A stretch of DNA of 64,000 bases from a virus. The translations under genes and the position numbers were made by a program. The stretch is taken from positions 5,657 to 69,656 of IMG/VR virus record IMGVR_UViG_3300025534_000007; one strand, 5' to 3'. Positions 9,030 through 19,500 of this stretch are shown here, one piece after another. A model generated the notes under the pieces. The model ran no database searches. It had not been told where the DNA came from and worked only from the letters and a program-made list of their open reading frames with translations. Each line of letters opens with the position of its first letter. Within the stretch, counting starts at the first letter, position 1.

Positions 9030-9182
9030 GTCTGAAGTCCGGCTCGCCTGCAACTATCTACATAGCTGACACCCCTCCTTGCAGATCCGAGCAGCGAAGG
9101 CACCGGGTCACGTTCTCCACCGATCGGGGAGAGCAGGCACGTCGACCACGCGCCCGCTCTCCCCGTTCTTGTAGGACCGCGC

Positions 9183-9722
9183 ATGATCAGGATCGAGTCA
9201 CACAATGTCTCGCCGAACAAGCTCCGGGCGTTCCCGATCTACGTCGATCACCAGCTTCACGACTTCGTCGACGAGGCGCTGGACTACGGCGAGAACTACA
9301 TGACGTCGATCGTCCCTCGCGGCAGTACGCACCGCCTTGCCGAAGCCATTACGCGGACTGGCCCGGTCTCTCCGGCCTTCGGCCACCACATCGGCTCGAT
9401 CATGGTCGACCCGCTCATCGCCCCATACGCCCACTTCGTCGATCGCGGCACCGGCGTCGACGGCCCCTACAAGACGCCGAGCATCGTCATGCGACCGTCG
9501 CGCACCGGCCGCCCGGACCGGGGCGTCCACCGCTTCTTCAAGAACGGCGAGGAGCCTCGCTTCCGCAAGGTGGTCAAGGCGCGCCCCAGCGCCAAGATCG
9601 AGCATGGCAAGAACTTCTCCGGGCGCACCTATCAAGCGATGCGCGACTGGCTGCGCATCCGCACCGGCGTCCTCGCCAACCGTCTCGCCAAGTACTTCGC
9701 CGACCCGAGTCGGCCGATGTAA
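9183..9722 (+). CDS. HK97 gp10-like neck/tail completion protein
   Basis: VPRGSTHRLAEAI...APYAHFVDRGTG pattern. Confidence 0.6.
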   Translation: MIRIESHNVSPNKLRAFPIYVDHQLHDFVDEALDYGENYMTSIVPRGSTHRLAEAITRTGPVSPAFGHHIGSIMVDPLIAPYAHFVDRGTGVDGPYKTPSIVMRPSRTGRPDRGVHRFFKNGEEPRFRKVVKARPSAKIEHGKNFSGRTYQAMRDWLRIRTGVLANRLAKYFADPSRPM

Positions 9723-9745
9723 CGCCAAGTCCAAAGGGAGCACAT

Positions 9746-10402
9746 ATGACCGATACCGAGAACATCGATCTCACCGAGGCGATCAGCCCCGGCTCGACCG
9801 ATCCCAGCGTCGAGCCGCGCCAGCAGCGCATCCGTGGCCTGACCGGCAGCGAGCTGGAGGGCTTCGACCGCACCTACGTGCAGCGCAAGCTCTCGTTCTT
9901 CAACAAGATCGCACTCGGCAAGATCATCGCCAGGCTCGCCAACGCAGCCACCGACGACGGCGACACCGAGCTGCTCTCGCGCCTGGGCGCGATGTACCAG
10001 CGCGACGAGGACAACAACGTCATCGTCGATGAGAACGGCTTCCCGGTGCGCGACATGCGCGGGGTCATGCTCGCGATCACCCCGAAGATCATCGAGCTGG
10101 TCCCCGATCAGCTCGCCGAGCTGTACATGCTCGCGCTCGGTGTCCCGGATCACGAGAAGCCGATCGTGCGCGAGATCCTCCAGCAGCCGCACGGCGATGA
10201 CGGTACCGGAGGTCTCTCCGACGAGGACGGCATCGCGATCCTGGAGACCTTCATCGCCCAGAACAAGAAGGCCATCGAAGACCTTTTTTTCGAGCACCTC
10301 GCACGAGTGGTGCGGATGTTCAGCAAGACGGAGACCAACTCCCAGACGGAGGGCTCGTCGGCGCGCTCGAAGCGTACTCGGCGGAGCACCCGGAAGGAGT
10401 AG
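9746..10402 (+). CDS. tail assembly chaperone (gpG-like)
   Basis: GGGAG RBS, ATG 9746; upstream of the tape measure; contains slippery T TTT TTC. Confidence 0.75.
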   Translation: MTDTENIDLTEAISPGSTDPSVEPRQQRIRGLTGSELEGFDRTYVQRKLSFFNKIALGKIIARLANAATDDGDTELLSRLGAMYQRDEDNNVIVDENGFPVRDMRGVMLAITPKIIELVPDQLAELYMLALGVPDHEKPIVREILQQPHGDDGTGGLSDEDGIAILETFIAQNKKAIEDLFFEHLARVVRMFSKTETNSQTEGSSARSKRTRRSTRKE

Positions 10403-10770
10403 ACGAACTCCTTGCCTGGCCTGAGGAGAAGTTCCACCTCTTCTACCAAGCGTTCGTTCGACGAAAGGCGGTAGAGCGAGTCCTCGAACAGAAGACGCTC
10501 AGCATCGCAACATTCACAGCGGCACTTTACGCCAACCCGAACTACGACTCGGAGTCAGGCGTGAAGCATCGGGCCGACCGGATCGAGCGATTCACCCGCG
10601 AGATGGAAGAGATCGTGCGCAAGTCGATCATCGAGATCTACACGGGTGAGAAGCCGAACACCGAAGACCCCGATTGGGAAGACCCGTTCTTCGCCGCGAT
10701 GGACCTGCCCTACGACCCGAAGACCGGAACGCCGAACCCGACTTACAAGACGACCGACGGGAGCCGATGA
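9746..10770 (+). CDS. tail assembly chaperone, frameshift product (gpGT-like) via -1 shift at 10285-10291
   Basis: The -1 frame from 10291 has no stop until TGA 10768-10770, which overlaps the tape-measure ATG. Confidence 0.75.
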
Positions 10771-13700
10771 ACCCATACGACTACATCATCCGTATCCTCA
10801 TCGACGCCCAGTCGAAGGTCGGCCCGGCGTTCGAGCGTACTGCGGCCCAGATCGAGCAGCTCGACAAGAAGCTCAAGGACCTGGACCGCAGTACGCGCCC
10901 GGTCAACCAGCGCATCAGCCAGCTCGAAGCGCACGTCGAGAAGGCGCGCAACACGATGCGCTCGTGGAATCCGACGCTCGACGCGATCAACCGCAAGAGC
11001 AAGGACTACTCCGACACGCTGACGCGCGTCAACCGCAATATGAACCGGCTGGAGCGGAACGCCGACAAGGCCGGTGGCGCGCTTGCTCGACTGAACAAGG
11101 TCATCGACGGCCTGGAGCGCAAGCTCAACAACCTCGACGCCAAGATGACCGAGATGGGCGCGCGCACGTACTCGCCCAAGGTCGAGCTGGACGGCAACGA
11201 ACACACCAAGCGTCAGATCGACGCGCTGCTCATCAAGCTCGGGCAGCTCGAACGCAAGCGCACGAAGGTCCGCATTGATACCGAGCGCGAGATCCTCGAT
11301 CGCGAAATACGGTCGATTGAGAAGCAGCTCGACGAACTCGGCGCCGAGAATCGACGCATCAAGTACCAGGTCGAACTCGACCAGGAGTACCAAGGGAAGT
11401 TTCGCGAACTGGAACGAAAGGCTCAGGAAGAGCACACGCGAAACCTCAACCGCCAGCGAGAGCGGCGGCAGAAGTTCCTCTCCGACGTCCTCAACGACGT
11501 CACCAGAGAACTCGAATCAGAGACACGTGAGCACGAGCGCGCAATCGCTGAGCGCGAGGCCGCCGACCGTGCGTATGACGAGCGCCGCCGTCGTGCCCTC
11601 CAACTCTCTGCCGAGTACCAGCGCCAGCTCCAGCGTGAGCGCGAGCGCGAGGAGCGCGAGGAGCGCGCTCGCACCAAGAAGCGCCTCTCCGAACTGCTGG
11701 AGCAGATGCGCGAGGCCACGTCGTCCGAGATCACGATCCGGACGATCCTCTCGACGCGCCGGTTCAACGCCGAGTACGACCGGCTCAAGGCACAGCTCAT
11801 CGAGCTGAGCGGCCTCGACATCAACCCCGAGGTCCGGCTCAACACCAAGCAGTTCCAGGCCGAGCGCATGATGCTCGAAGCCTGGCTGCGCGAGATGGGC
11901 ATGCGGAAGGTCGAGGTTCGCGCCGTCCTCGACTACGACCGCTCGGCCACGGACCGCTTCTCGCAAGTCCTCGACCAGATCGCCGACCACCTCGACAATC
12001 GCTTCCAAGTCTCGTTCATCAAGGCGATCAACGCCGCCCTGAACCTCGCGGTCATCTTCTCCGGTCCGCTCCTGTCGTCACTGACCGCAGTCGTCGGGGC
12101 GTTGACCGCCGTTGCCGCTGCCGCCGGTGAGGCCATCGCCGGACTCGGCGGTCTCGCCAGCGCCGCAGTCGCACAGGCCATCCCAGCCGTCGGCCTGCTC
12201 GCCGCTGCATTCAGCCGCGTCGGCGCCGTCATGAAGGTTGTCGAGCTGGGCGAGAAGCAGCGCACCCAGGGTGCCGCTTCAAGCGTCCGAGCCGACACCC
12301 AGCGCGCCAACGCGCTTGAAGCCGTCCGCAACGCCCAGCAGGGCGTCGCCGATGCGCAGCGCAACCTCCTCGAAGCCCAGGATCGGCTCAACAAGACCCG
12401 CATCGACGGCGTCCGCACGCTCCAGGACATGGTCCTCGCTGAGCGCAACGCGCTGCTCGCATTCCAGAACAGCCAGCGCGCGCTCGACGACGCCATCGCC
12501 ACCGGCCAGGGCGGGTCGATCCGCGCCCTCCAGCTCCAGCGCGACCGCGACGCGATCAACCTCGCCCGCCAGCGTCAGGACACGTCCTCTGCGATCGCAG
12601 GCGGCGTCGAGAACCTCGAAAGCGTCCGCAACGCACGCCAGGCGGTTGAGCAGGCTGCCGCCCAGCTCGACCGCGCCAACCGCAGCCTTGATCGCGCCAA
12701 GCGCAACGTCGAACAGGCCGGACAAGCGGTCGGCGGCGCCACCGACAAGTACGCCGAGGCGCTCGACCAGCTCAGCCGTGGCGAGCGTCGGCTCTTGCAG
12801 TCGATCAAGCGCCTCAAGGCGCTCTGGGACGACACCGACGGCGCGCTTCGCGGCATCTCCGACACGATCGTCACCGCGTTCGCCTACGCCGTCGATCAGG
12901 CGACCGACATCCTCCAAGACCCGCAGATCCTTGACGCCCTTCGCACTCTCGCCGAGAGCATCGCCGCATCGCTGCGCGGGCTCACCGACTTCTTCTCCAG
13001 CGACCGCATGCGCGACGCGCTCGCCTTCTTCTCAGGCGAGGCAGCGGAGAACGTCCGGGTCTTCGGCGACATCCTGCAAAGCCTCGTCGGCATCTTCGTC
13101 GATGTCTCGCGCGCCGCCAGCGGCATTTTCGCCGACGCGCTGCGATCGGTCGCCGAATGGCTGGCCAGCATCGATCGGTCGCTCAGCTCCAACTCCGGCC
13201 AGAACAAGCTCGCCAACTTCTTCGAGCAGACCAAGCGCCCGCTCAACGCGGTCATCGACCTTTTCGGCGCACTGCTTGGCCTGTTCGCCGCGCTCGCGGG
13301 CCCCGGCGGCGCTGCCGACGCTGGCACCGAAGGCATCGAGCGACTCACGCGGGCCATTCGCAGCGCGACTGCCTGGGTCGTCAAGAACGCCGAGGAAGTC
13401 CGCAAGTTCTTCCGTGACTCGATCGAGTCGACCGGCGAGATCTTGAAGGTCATCTTCGAGATCGGCCGCGCCCTCGTTGAAACCTTCGACCCCAACTCGG
13501 TCCGGGTCTTTGCCGAGTTCATCCGCACCGCCGTCATTCCGGCGCTCGAAGGCTTCGTCACCATCATGAACGAGGTCGCCAAGGTCATCCTCGGCATTGT
13601 CGACCTGATCCCCTCTGACGTCTTCAAGCTGCTCGGCGGCACGGCGGGCATGCTCTTCGCCATCACGCGCCTCAACGGCCTGCTCAAGGGCATCGCCGTC

Positions 13701-16700
13701 CTGCTGCGCAGCGACGTCTTCAAGAACGCCTTCGCGCCGATGCTCGCGACGCTCAAGCAAGTGATCGCGCGCATTCCGATCCTCAACCGTCTCCTTCGCA
13801 ACACCGCAGGGGCCACGATCATCGGGCCTGGCGCAGGCGGTGGTCGCGGTTCCGGCGGAGGCCCCGCTGGCGGCGCCGGTGGAGGCACCGTCGTCGCAGG
13901 CCCGGGCGGTGGCCGGACGACGGCACCAAAGGGTGGGCGATTTGGGCGATCCGGCAACATCTTGCGCGCCGTCGGTCGCGGCGTCGGATGGTCCGCTCTC
14001 CTCTTCGGCGGCCTCGACTTCATCCAGAATCGCGACATCGTCAGCGCCCTCCATGCCGCCGACCCGTTCAACATCCTCGAAATCTTCGGCCTCAAGTCGC
14101 CGTTCGCCGTGGACGGCCCGCTCGGCCGCTACACCGGCCACGATGGCTGGAAGAACCTCTGGGCCGACATCACCGGCCAGAAGACCGAGATCGACAAGAC
14201 CAAGGACGCGATCAAGGGCTTCAACAAGGTCGTCGAAGATCTCGGCGGCATATCGCGCCTGCCGAGCAAGATGATCAACGAGCTGGCAAGGTACGCCGAG
14301 CAGCTCCAGGATCAAGCTGAGCGTAACGGCCTCAAGGACGCCGCCAAGAGCCTGTCCGAGTTCGCCCGCAACGCTCGCACAGCCGCCCAGGAAGCCAAGG
14401 CCACCGAGGACGCCATGCGCGGCCTGCGCCGCGAGGGCGTCAACCTCACCACCGACGTCGCCCGGACCATCGGCGCCGGAGCGGTCAGCGACATCGAGTG
14501 GGGCCTGCGCGGTCTGCGCCAGGGCATCCCCAGCTCGATGCGCGAGTTCCAGCGCATGCTCACCGAGCAGGTCAAGCTCATCCAGACCACGCTCGTCGAT
14601 GAGTCCGGGAAGCGCATGCCCGGCTGGTACGAGGCGATGGCCAAGACCTATGAGCTGGCCATCGAGAACATCAAGCGCCTGCGCGACGAGGGCAAGATCT
14701 CCGCCCGCGAAGCCAACCAGACCCTCGCCGAGCTGGAGCGCAAGTACCGCTCGTTCAGCGCCAAGAACCCCTTCGACATCAGCCGCGACTTCGCCAAGCA
14801 GATCGCCGAGGGCCGTGGCGAGCGCCGCAAGGCGATCGAAGACGTCATCAGCCAGATCGAGTCGATGCCCGCTCGCTTCCGTCGCACGGCTGCCGAGTCG
14901 GTCATCGGGCTCACCAAGGGCATGGAGTCTCGCGGCGAAGTGCCCAAGGGCACGGCCAAGCGCCTGGCCTACGAGATCGGCCAGCACTTCGCCGACATGC
15001 GCGACATCAACATCCGTCGCGCTCAGCAGATGGCTGAGGGGATCGCCAAGAACATCAACAAGATCCCCGGCTTCGTCGATCGCGCTCTGAACTGGATCGG
15101 CAACTTCCTCAAGACCGTCATCGACAAGCTCGACCTCAACGAGTTCGTCGACACGGCAAGCGACGCTTGGGACTCGGTCAAACGCTGGACCAGGAAGCTC
15201 CCCAGCATCATCACCCGCCGCGCGCAGGGCGGCCCGGTCATCGGCCCTGGCACCAGCACCAGCGACAGCATCCCCGCTCTGCTCTCCAACGGCGAACATG
15301 TCTGGACCGCCGAGGAGGTCAAGAACGCTGGCGGCCACGGCGCGGTCTACGCCCTGCGACGCATCTTCGGCGGCGGCGGGCAGAGCAACAAGGTCGGACG
15401 CTACGCCGCTGGCGGCGCGGTTACGCCTCCCGGCATGGCCGCCATCCCCGGCCAGGGCGGCAACGGCACCCCGGCGGGAGTCGAGTACGTCAATGTCGCA
15501 ATCGCGCGCCTCGTCCGCGATCTCATCCGGCGCTTCAACGTCCTTGTCACCGACGGCTTCGACCCGACCGGCCGCAAGCACAAGAGCGACGGGCACATGC
15601 GAACCGGCACCGCCGTCGACTTCGTCCCGAAGGACGGCAACTGGGACAACGTCGACAAGCTCGCACGCTGGGCCGTCAGCAAGGGTTACACCACCCTCTA
15701 CGACGGACGCTTCGGCACCACTGCTGCATCCGGCCACGGTCGCGGCCACCACCTGCATATCGACTTCGCCAAGGCCATCAGCGACGGCGCCGGGGACTCG
15801 GTCAGAAACACTCTCGAAGAGACCGTCCAGAACGTCGTCCGGCGCTACCGCCAGCTCACCGACTTCAAGCTGCGCGGCCCCTCGTCGCCGCTCAAGAACT
15901 CGCTCCAGGCGATCTTCAACGAGGCTGTCCGCGCGGCCAACAACGAACTCAAGCCCAAGCGTCGCCAGCGCGACCTCGCCGACTACGCAGACGACGGTGG
16001 AGGTTCGTCCTCTTCGCTGCCATCCGGCAGCACTGCCGCGCGGATCTACAGCTTCTTCCGCAGCAAGGGCTTTACCGACGCACAGGCCGCAGCCTGGGTC
16101 GGCAACGCCATCCAGGAGTCCGGCCTTCGACCGAACGTCGTCAACAACATTGGCGCCGCCGGACTCTTCCAGTGGCTCAACGAGCGTCGCGCTGGTCTGC
16201 ACGCCTTCGCTCAGCGTCGCGGCACGAGCTGGGCCAACGTCGACACCCAGCTCGCCTACGCCTGGCACGAGCTTCGCACGACTGAGCGCGCTGCCTACGC
16301 AGCCATCAAGGCCACGAAGTCGCTCGAAGCGGCCGTTCGCGCGATCACCGACCACTACGAGCGCCCCGGCAAGCACGAGGCGGCCTACGACACGCGCATC
16401 CAGTACGCCCGCGAAGCCCTGCGCAAGTATGCCAAGCGCTACGCCGCTGGCGGCCCGGTCCGAGGCCGTGGCACCGGCAAATCCGATGACATCCTCGCGC
16501 TCCTGTCAAACGGCGAGCACGTCTGGACGGACCAGGAGGTCCGCGCCGCAGGCGGACACAAGGCCGTCGAAGCCATCCGCCGACTCGTCCTCACTCCGCG
16601 CATCAGCGGCGACAGCGACATCGCTGGAGCTACGAACGCCATCAACGTCTTCCTGCGCGGCCTTGCGAAGTTCGCCAAGACTGCCAAGAAGGGCCCCGCA

Positions 16701-18701
16701 GCGTTCGCCTCGGCCATCGACGTGCTCTTCCGCGACAACGATGGCGCGTTCTCGCAGATCCGCGAGGCCATCGGGCGCTTCTCCGAGTCAGCCGCCCGCG
16801 TGGTCCAGGACATGCAGGTCCGCGTCACGCGCAGCGGTATCTTCCGCGTCGGTGGCGCTGCTGCCGACCCTGCGATCCAGGGGCAGATCGACATCGCCAA
16901 CCTGCGCACCGAGCGTCGCATGATCGCGCAGGCGCGTGCCGAGACGACCAAAGACATCAGATTCCTGCGCGAGCTACTTCGCTACACGACCAACGAGAAA
17001 GACCGCGAGGCCATCAGGGGTCGTATCCAGACGCTGCGCAAGGATCGCAGCCAGTTCACCACCGATTACCGCGACAATGCGCTTAAGCTGTTCGCACGCC
17101 AGGAGCAGATGCAGGAGGAGATCGACGAGCGTCAGTCGAGCTTCTTCGATCGCCTGGAGAGACAGAACGAGCGGTCGCGCCGCATCAACACCGCCCTCGG
17201 CAACGACCAAGGCAACATCGCTCTCTTCGACGTCGAGGAGGCCAACACCAGAAGTCATCTCGCGCAGCTGCAAGCCCTGTACGACGAGGCGGTCAAGACC
17301 GGCAACCAGCAGCTTGCCGAATCGCTCAACGACCGGATCGAAGAGAAGAACACGCGCCTGATCGAGATCCCCGTTGAGAAAGCGCAGGCCAACGTCGAAC
17401 TCATCGACGCCAAGTTCAGCCAACGCGCCGCTGCGACCGAGCGCCGCTTCCGTCTCGGCGAGATTCTCGGAGTCTACGGCAACGCCACGGCCAAGATCGA
17501 CGCCCAGATCACGGACAACCTCAGCTACATCACCGAGCTAGAGCGCGCACTCACTGTCGCCCAGGAAGCTGGCGCTGAGGGGCTCGTCCGCGACATCAAG
17601 GGCAAGATCGAGGACCTCAACGCGACGGTCGCCGAGCTTGCCGCCCAGCGCCTCCAGGTCGCCATCGACGAGATCAACCGCCGCGCGGCCTTCCAGCTCG
17701 GCCTCAACGACATCGTTCAGCGCCTCGCCAACCTCGGCGTGACCGGCGGCATGGCAGCGACCGGCATGTACAACATCGCCGCGCTCGGGCGCACCGACTT
17801 CGCCTCCCTCGACCTCGCCCTGCGCGAACGCGGCAACATCCTCCAGCAGCAGCTCGCCGCCCTCCAGCCGTTGCTCGCTCAGGCATACGCACAGGGCAAC
17901 CAGAACGCGATCGAGTCGCTCACCACGCAGATCGCCAGCCTCCAGGCCGACATCGTCGAGAACACGAAAGCGATCCGCGACAACACCGACGCCGCGTTCG
18001 CCTACCGCGTCACGCAGATGGCGCAGATGAGCGACTTTAAGCTCGCCATCAACGAGATCGCCACCCAGATCAATGGCGCGCTCGGCTCTCTCAGCGGCAC
18101 GCTCGACATTGCCACGCAGGTCCGGCTCCTGCGCGAGCGCGGTGCCGAGCTGGAGGCGCGCATCCGCGAGGAGAAGGCGTTCCTCGAAGAGCTTGTCGGC
18201 CCTGACCGCACCGGCGACCTCATGCTCCTGCGCGGCAACGACCTCGCAGCGTTCCTGACCCAGCAGTCCCCAAGCTGGCTCGACCAGAACGTCTTCGATG
18301 ACGCGCAGCTGGAAGCGATCCGCAACCTCGTGCAGGCCATCCTGGAGCACGAGCGCGCGCTCATCGAGAACACGAAGGCACTCAAGGACGTCGAGAACTC
18401 GATGACGCAGACGTTCTCGACGTCGATGTGGCGCAATTTCCGCGCCTTCATCTTCAACGGCATGGGCGGGCTCGTGGGCGACTACACGAGCAGCACCAAC
18501 TTCACCAGCGCCGCCTTGACCGGCTTCTCGCTCGCAGCCTCGCAGGCTGGCGGTCTGACCAACGGTGGCACCACCAACAACTACGGCGGCGACCACATCG
18601 AGAACTACACTATCAACATAACCCAGCCGACCGAGGTGCTCGACCCGACCTACGTCGGCCAGCAGATCGCATTCGCAAAGGCTGGAGCTGGAAGGATCTG
18701 A
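10767..18701 (+). CDS. tape measure protein with embedded metallopeptidase and phage-tail-lysozyme domains
   Basis: ~2644 aa from ATG 10767 (ATGA overlap); coiled coils; two GGPV.G.GT..SD.I.ALLSNGEHVWT motifs; HKSDGHMRTGTAVD...HLHID; GNAIQESGL...AAGLFQW...HYERPG. Confidence 0.92.
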   Translation: MNPYDYIIRILIDAQSKVGPAFERTAAQIEQLDKKLKDLDRSTRPVNQRISQLEAHVEKARNTMRSWNPTLDAINRKSKDYSDTLTRVNRNMNRLERNADKAGGALARLNKVIDGLERKLNNLDAKMTEMGARTYSPKVELDGNEHTKRQIDALLIKLGQLERKRTKVRIDTEREILDREIRSIEKQLDELGAENRRIKYQVELDQEYQGKFRELERKAQEEHTRNLNRQRERRQKFLSDVLNDVTRELESETREHERAIAEREAADRAYDERRRRALQLSAEYQRQLQREREREEREERARTKKRLSELLEQMREATSSEITIRTILSTRRFNAEYDRLKAQLIELSGLDINPEVRLNTKQFQAERMMLEAWLREMGMRKVEVRAVLDYDRSATDRFSQVLDQIADHLDNRFQVSFIKAINAALNLAVIFSGPLLSSLTAVVGALTAVAAAAGEAIAGLGGLASAAVAQAIPAVGLLAAAFSRVGAVMKVVELGEKQRTQGAASSVRADTQRANALEAVRNAQQGVADAQRNLLEAQDRLNKTRIDGVRTLQDMVLAERNALLAFQNSQRALDDAIATGQGGSIRALQLQRDRDAINLARQRQDTSSAIAGGVENLESVRNARQAVEQAAAQLDRANRSLDRAKRNVEQAGQAVGGATDKYAEALDQLSRGERRLLQSIKRLKALWDDTDGALRGISDTIVTAFAYAVDQATDILQDPQILDALRTLAESIAASLRGLTDFFSSDRMRDALAFFSGEAAENVRVFGDILQSLVGIFVDVSRAASGIFADALRSVAEWLASIDRSLSSNSGQNKLANFFEQTKRPLNAVIDLFGALLGLFAALAGPGGAADAGTEGIERLTRAIRSATAWVVKNAEEVRKFFRDSIESTGEILKVIFEIGRALVETFDPNSVRVFAEFIRTAVIPALEGFVTIMNEVAKVILGIVDLIPSDVFKLLGGTAGMLFAITRLNGLLKGIAVLLRSDVFKNAFAPMLATLKQVIARIPILNRLLRNTAGATIIGPGAGGGRGSGGGPAGGAGGGTVVAGPGGGRTTAPKGGRFGRSGNILRAVGRGVGWSALLFGGLDFIQNRDIVSALHAADPFNILEIFGLKSPFAVDGPLGRYTGHDGWKNLWADITGQKTEIDKTKDAIKGFNKVVEDLGGISRLPSKMINELARYAEQLQDQAERNGLKDAAKSLSEFARNARTAAQEAKATEDAMRGLRREGVNLTTDVARTIGAGAVSDIEWGLRGLRQGIPSSMREFQRMLTEQVKLIQTTLVDESGKRMPGWYEAMAKTYELAIENIKRLRDEGKISAREANQTLAELERKYRSFSAKNPFDISRDFAKQIAEGRGERRKAIEDVISQIESMPARFRRTAAESVIGLTKGMESRGEVPKGTAKRLAYEIGQHFADMRDINIRRAQQMAEGIAKNINKIPGFVDRALNWIGNFLKTVIDKLDLNEFVDTASDAWDSVKRWTRKLPSIITRRAQGGPVIGPGTSTSDSIPALLSNGEHVWTAEEVKNAGGHGAVYALRRIFGGGGQSNKVGRYAAGGAVTPPGMAAIPGQGGNGTPAGVEYVNVAIARLVRDLIRRFNVLVTDGFDPTGRKHKSDGHMRTGTAVDFVPKDGNWDNVDKLARWAVSKGYTTLYDGRFGTTAASGHGRGHHLHIDFAKAISDGAGDSVRNTLEETVQNVVRRYRQLTDFKLRGPSSPLKNSLQAIFNEAVRAANNELKPKRRQRDLADYADDGGGSSSSLPSGSTAARIYSFFRSKGFTDAQAAAWVGNAIQESGLRPNVVNNIGAAGLFQWLNERRAGLHAFAQRRGTSWANVDTQLAYAWHELRTTERAAYAAIKATKSLEAAVRAITDHYERPGKHEAAYDTRIQYAREALRKYAKRYAAGGPVRGRGTGKSDDILALLSNGEHVWTDQEVRAAGGHKAVEAIRRLVLTPRISGDSDIAGATNAINVFLRGLAKFAKTAKKGPAAFASAIDVLFRDNDGAFSQIREAIGRFSESAARVVQDMQVRVTRSGIFRVGGAAADPAIQGQIDIANLRTERRMIAQARAETTKDIRFLRELLRYTTNEKDREAIRGRIQTLRKDRSQFTTDYRDNALKLFARQEQMQEEIDERQSSFFDRLERQNERSRRINTALGNDQGNIALFDVEEANTRSHLAQLQALYDEAVKTGNQQLAESLNDRIEEKNTRLIEIPVEKAQANVELIDAKFSQRAAATERRFRLGEILGVYGNATAKIDAQITDNLSYITELERALTVAQEAGAEGLVRDIKGKIEDLNATVAELAAQRLQVAIDEINRRAAFQLGLNDIVQRLANLGVTGGMAATGMYNIAALGRTDFASLDLALRERGNILQQQLAALQPLLAQAYAQGNQNAIESLTTQIASLQADIVENTKAIRDNTDAAFAYRVTQMAQMSDFKLAINEIATQINGALGSLSGTLDIATQVRLLRERGAELEARIREEKAFLEELVGPDRTGDLMLLRGNDLAAFLTQQSPSWLDQNVFDDAQLEAIRNLVQAILEHERALIENTKALKDVENSMTQTFSTSMWRNFRAFIFNGMGGLVGDYTSSTNFTSAALTGFSLAASQAGGLTNGGTTNNYGGDHIENYTINITQPTEVLDPTYVGQQIAFAKAGAGRI

Positions 18702-18702
18702 G

Positions 18703-19500
18703 ATGGCAAACCCTCCTCGCGCACAGTTTGTCGACACCGTCCTGTACCGAGACCCGGTCACCGGGCAGGTCAGGATTCCGACGACGGCCAAGGTCACCGT
18801 CTACCTAGCTCCTCCGTTCGCTGGCGCCCCGCTCACCACGACCGCGCAGATCTACTCGGCTGAGACCGGGTCGTCTTCGCCTGGCAACCCGTTCCTCATC
18901 CCCGACGGACGCATCGAGTTCTTCGCCGGGCCCGGCTCTTATGACATCGTCATCGAGGACACGAGCCTCGACCCGCTCTTCGACACCCACGTGGTCCGAT
19001 GGGATGCCATCCCGACCGACGCTGGTCTGCGCAAGGAGATGCTCCCCGCCGACATCATCGAGACGGCGCACATCAAGGACGAGCAGGTCACGTTCAACAA
19101 GATCGGCTCTGGAGAGCTGCCCGCGATCACGGAATCCATCGGCTTCACCGTCCCTGGCCTCGTCCTCATCCCGACCAACAACACGACCGACATCGCGGTC
19201 AACCCAGGCAAGTTCTGGTGGTTCACGGCCACAGAGACCGCCTACATCGATCGCTGCATCTACCGCACGCATTCAGGCTCCGTCACCTTCAAGATCCAGG
19301 TCAACGGCACAGACATCAACTGGACTGGCTCGTCCGGCGGCGAGGTCATCACCGCCACGACGAGCGCCGCCACGACCACGCTCTCGACGCCGCTGGCGAT
19401 CTCGACCGGCTCCTACGTCCAGCTCATCCCGCTGAGCAACCCGAGCAACCAGGGCTACGGCCTCGCCGCTTCGCTCATCGCGCCGCACAAGCCCAACTGA
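18703..19500 (+). CDS. minor tail protein
   Basis: 265 aa immediately after the tape measure; beta-rich. Confidence 0.55.
   Translation: MANPPRAQFVDTVLYRDPVTGQVRIPTTAKVTVYLAPPFAGAPLTTTAQIYSAETGSSSPGNPFLIPDGRIEFFAGPGSYDIVIEDTSLDPLFDTHVVRWDAIPTDAGLRKEMLPADIIETAHIKDEQVTFNKIGSGELPAITESIGFTVPGLVLIPTNNTTDIAVNPGKFWWFTATETAYIDRCIYRTHSGSVTFKIQVNGTDINWTGSSGGEVITATTSAATTTLSTPLAISTGSYVQLIPLSNPSNQGYGLAASLIAPHKPN

Noticed and set aside
10674-10766. ORF-track start of the tape measure at 10674
   Set aside because: This stretch codes for the frameshifted chaperone; the ATGA overlap at 10767 is the more plausible start.
13032-16376. 1114-aa minus-strand ORF (and similar long antisense ORFs at 4837-6111, 21501-23039, 29348-30823, 38869-40386, 48869-50410)
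   Set aside because: Shadow frames opposite well-supported genes; stop-poor antisense frames are expected at this GC content and show no recognisable motifs.
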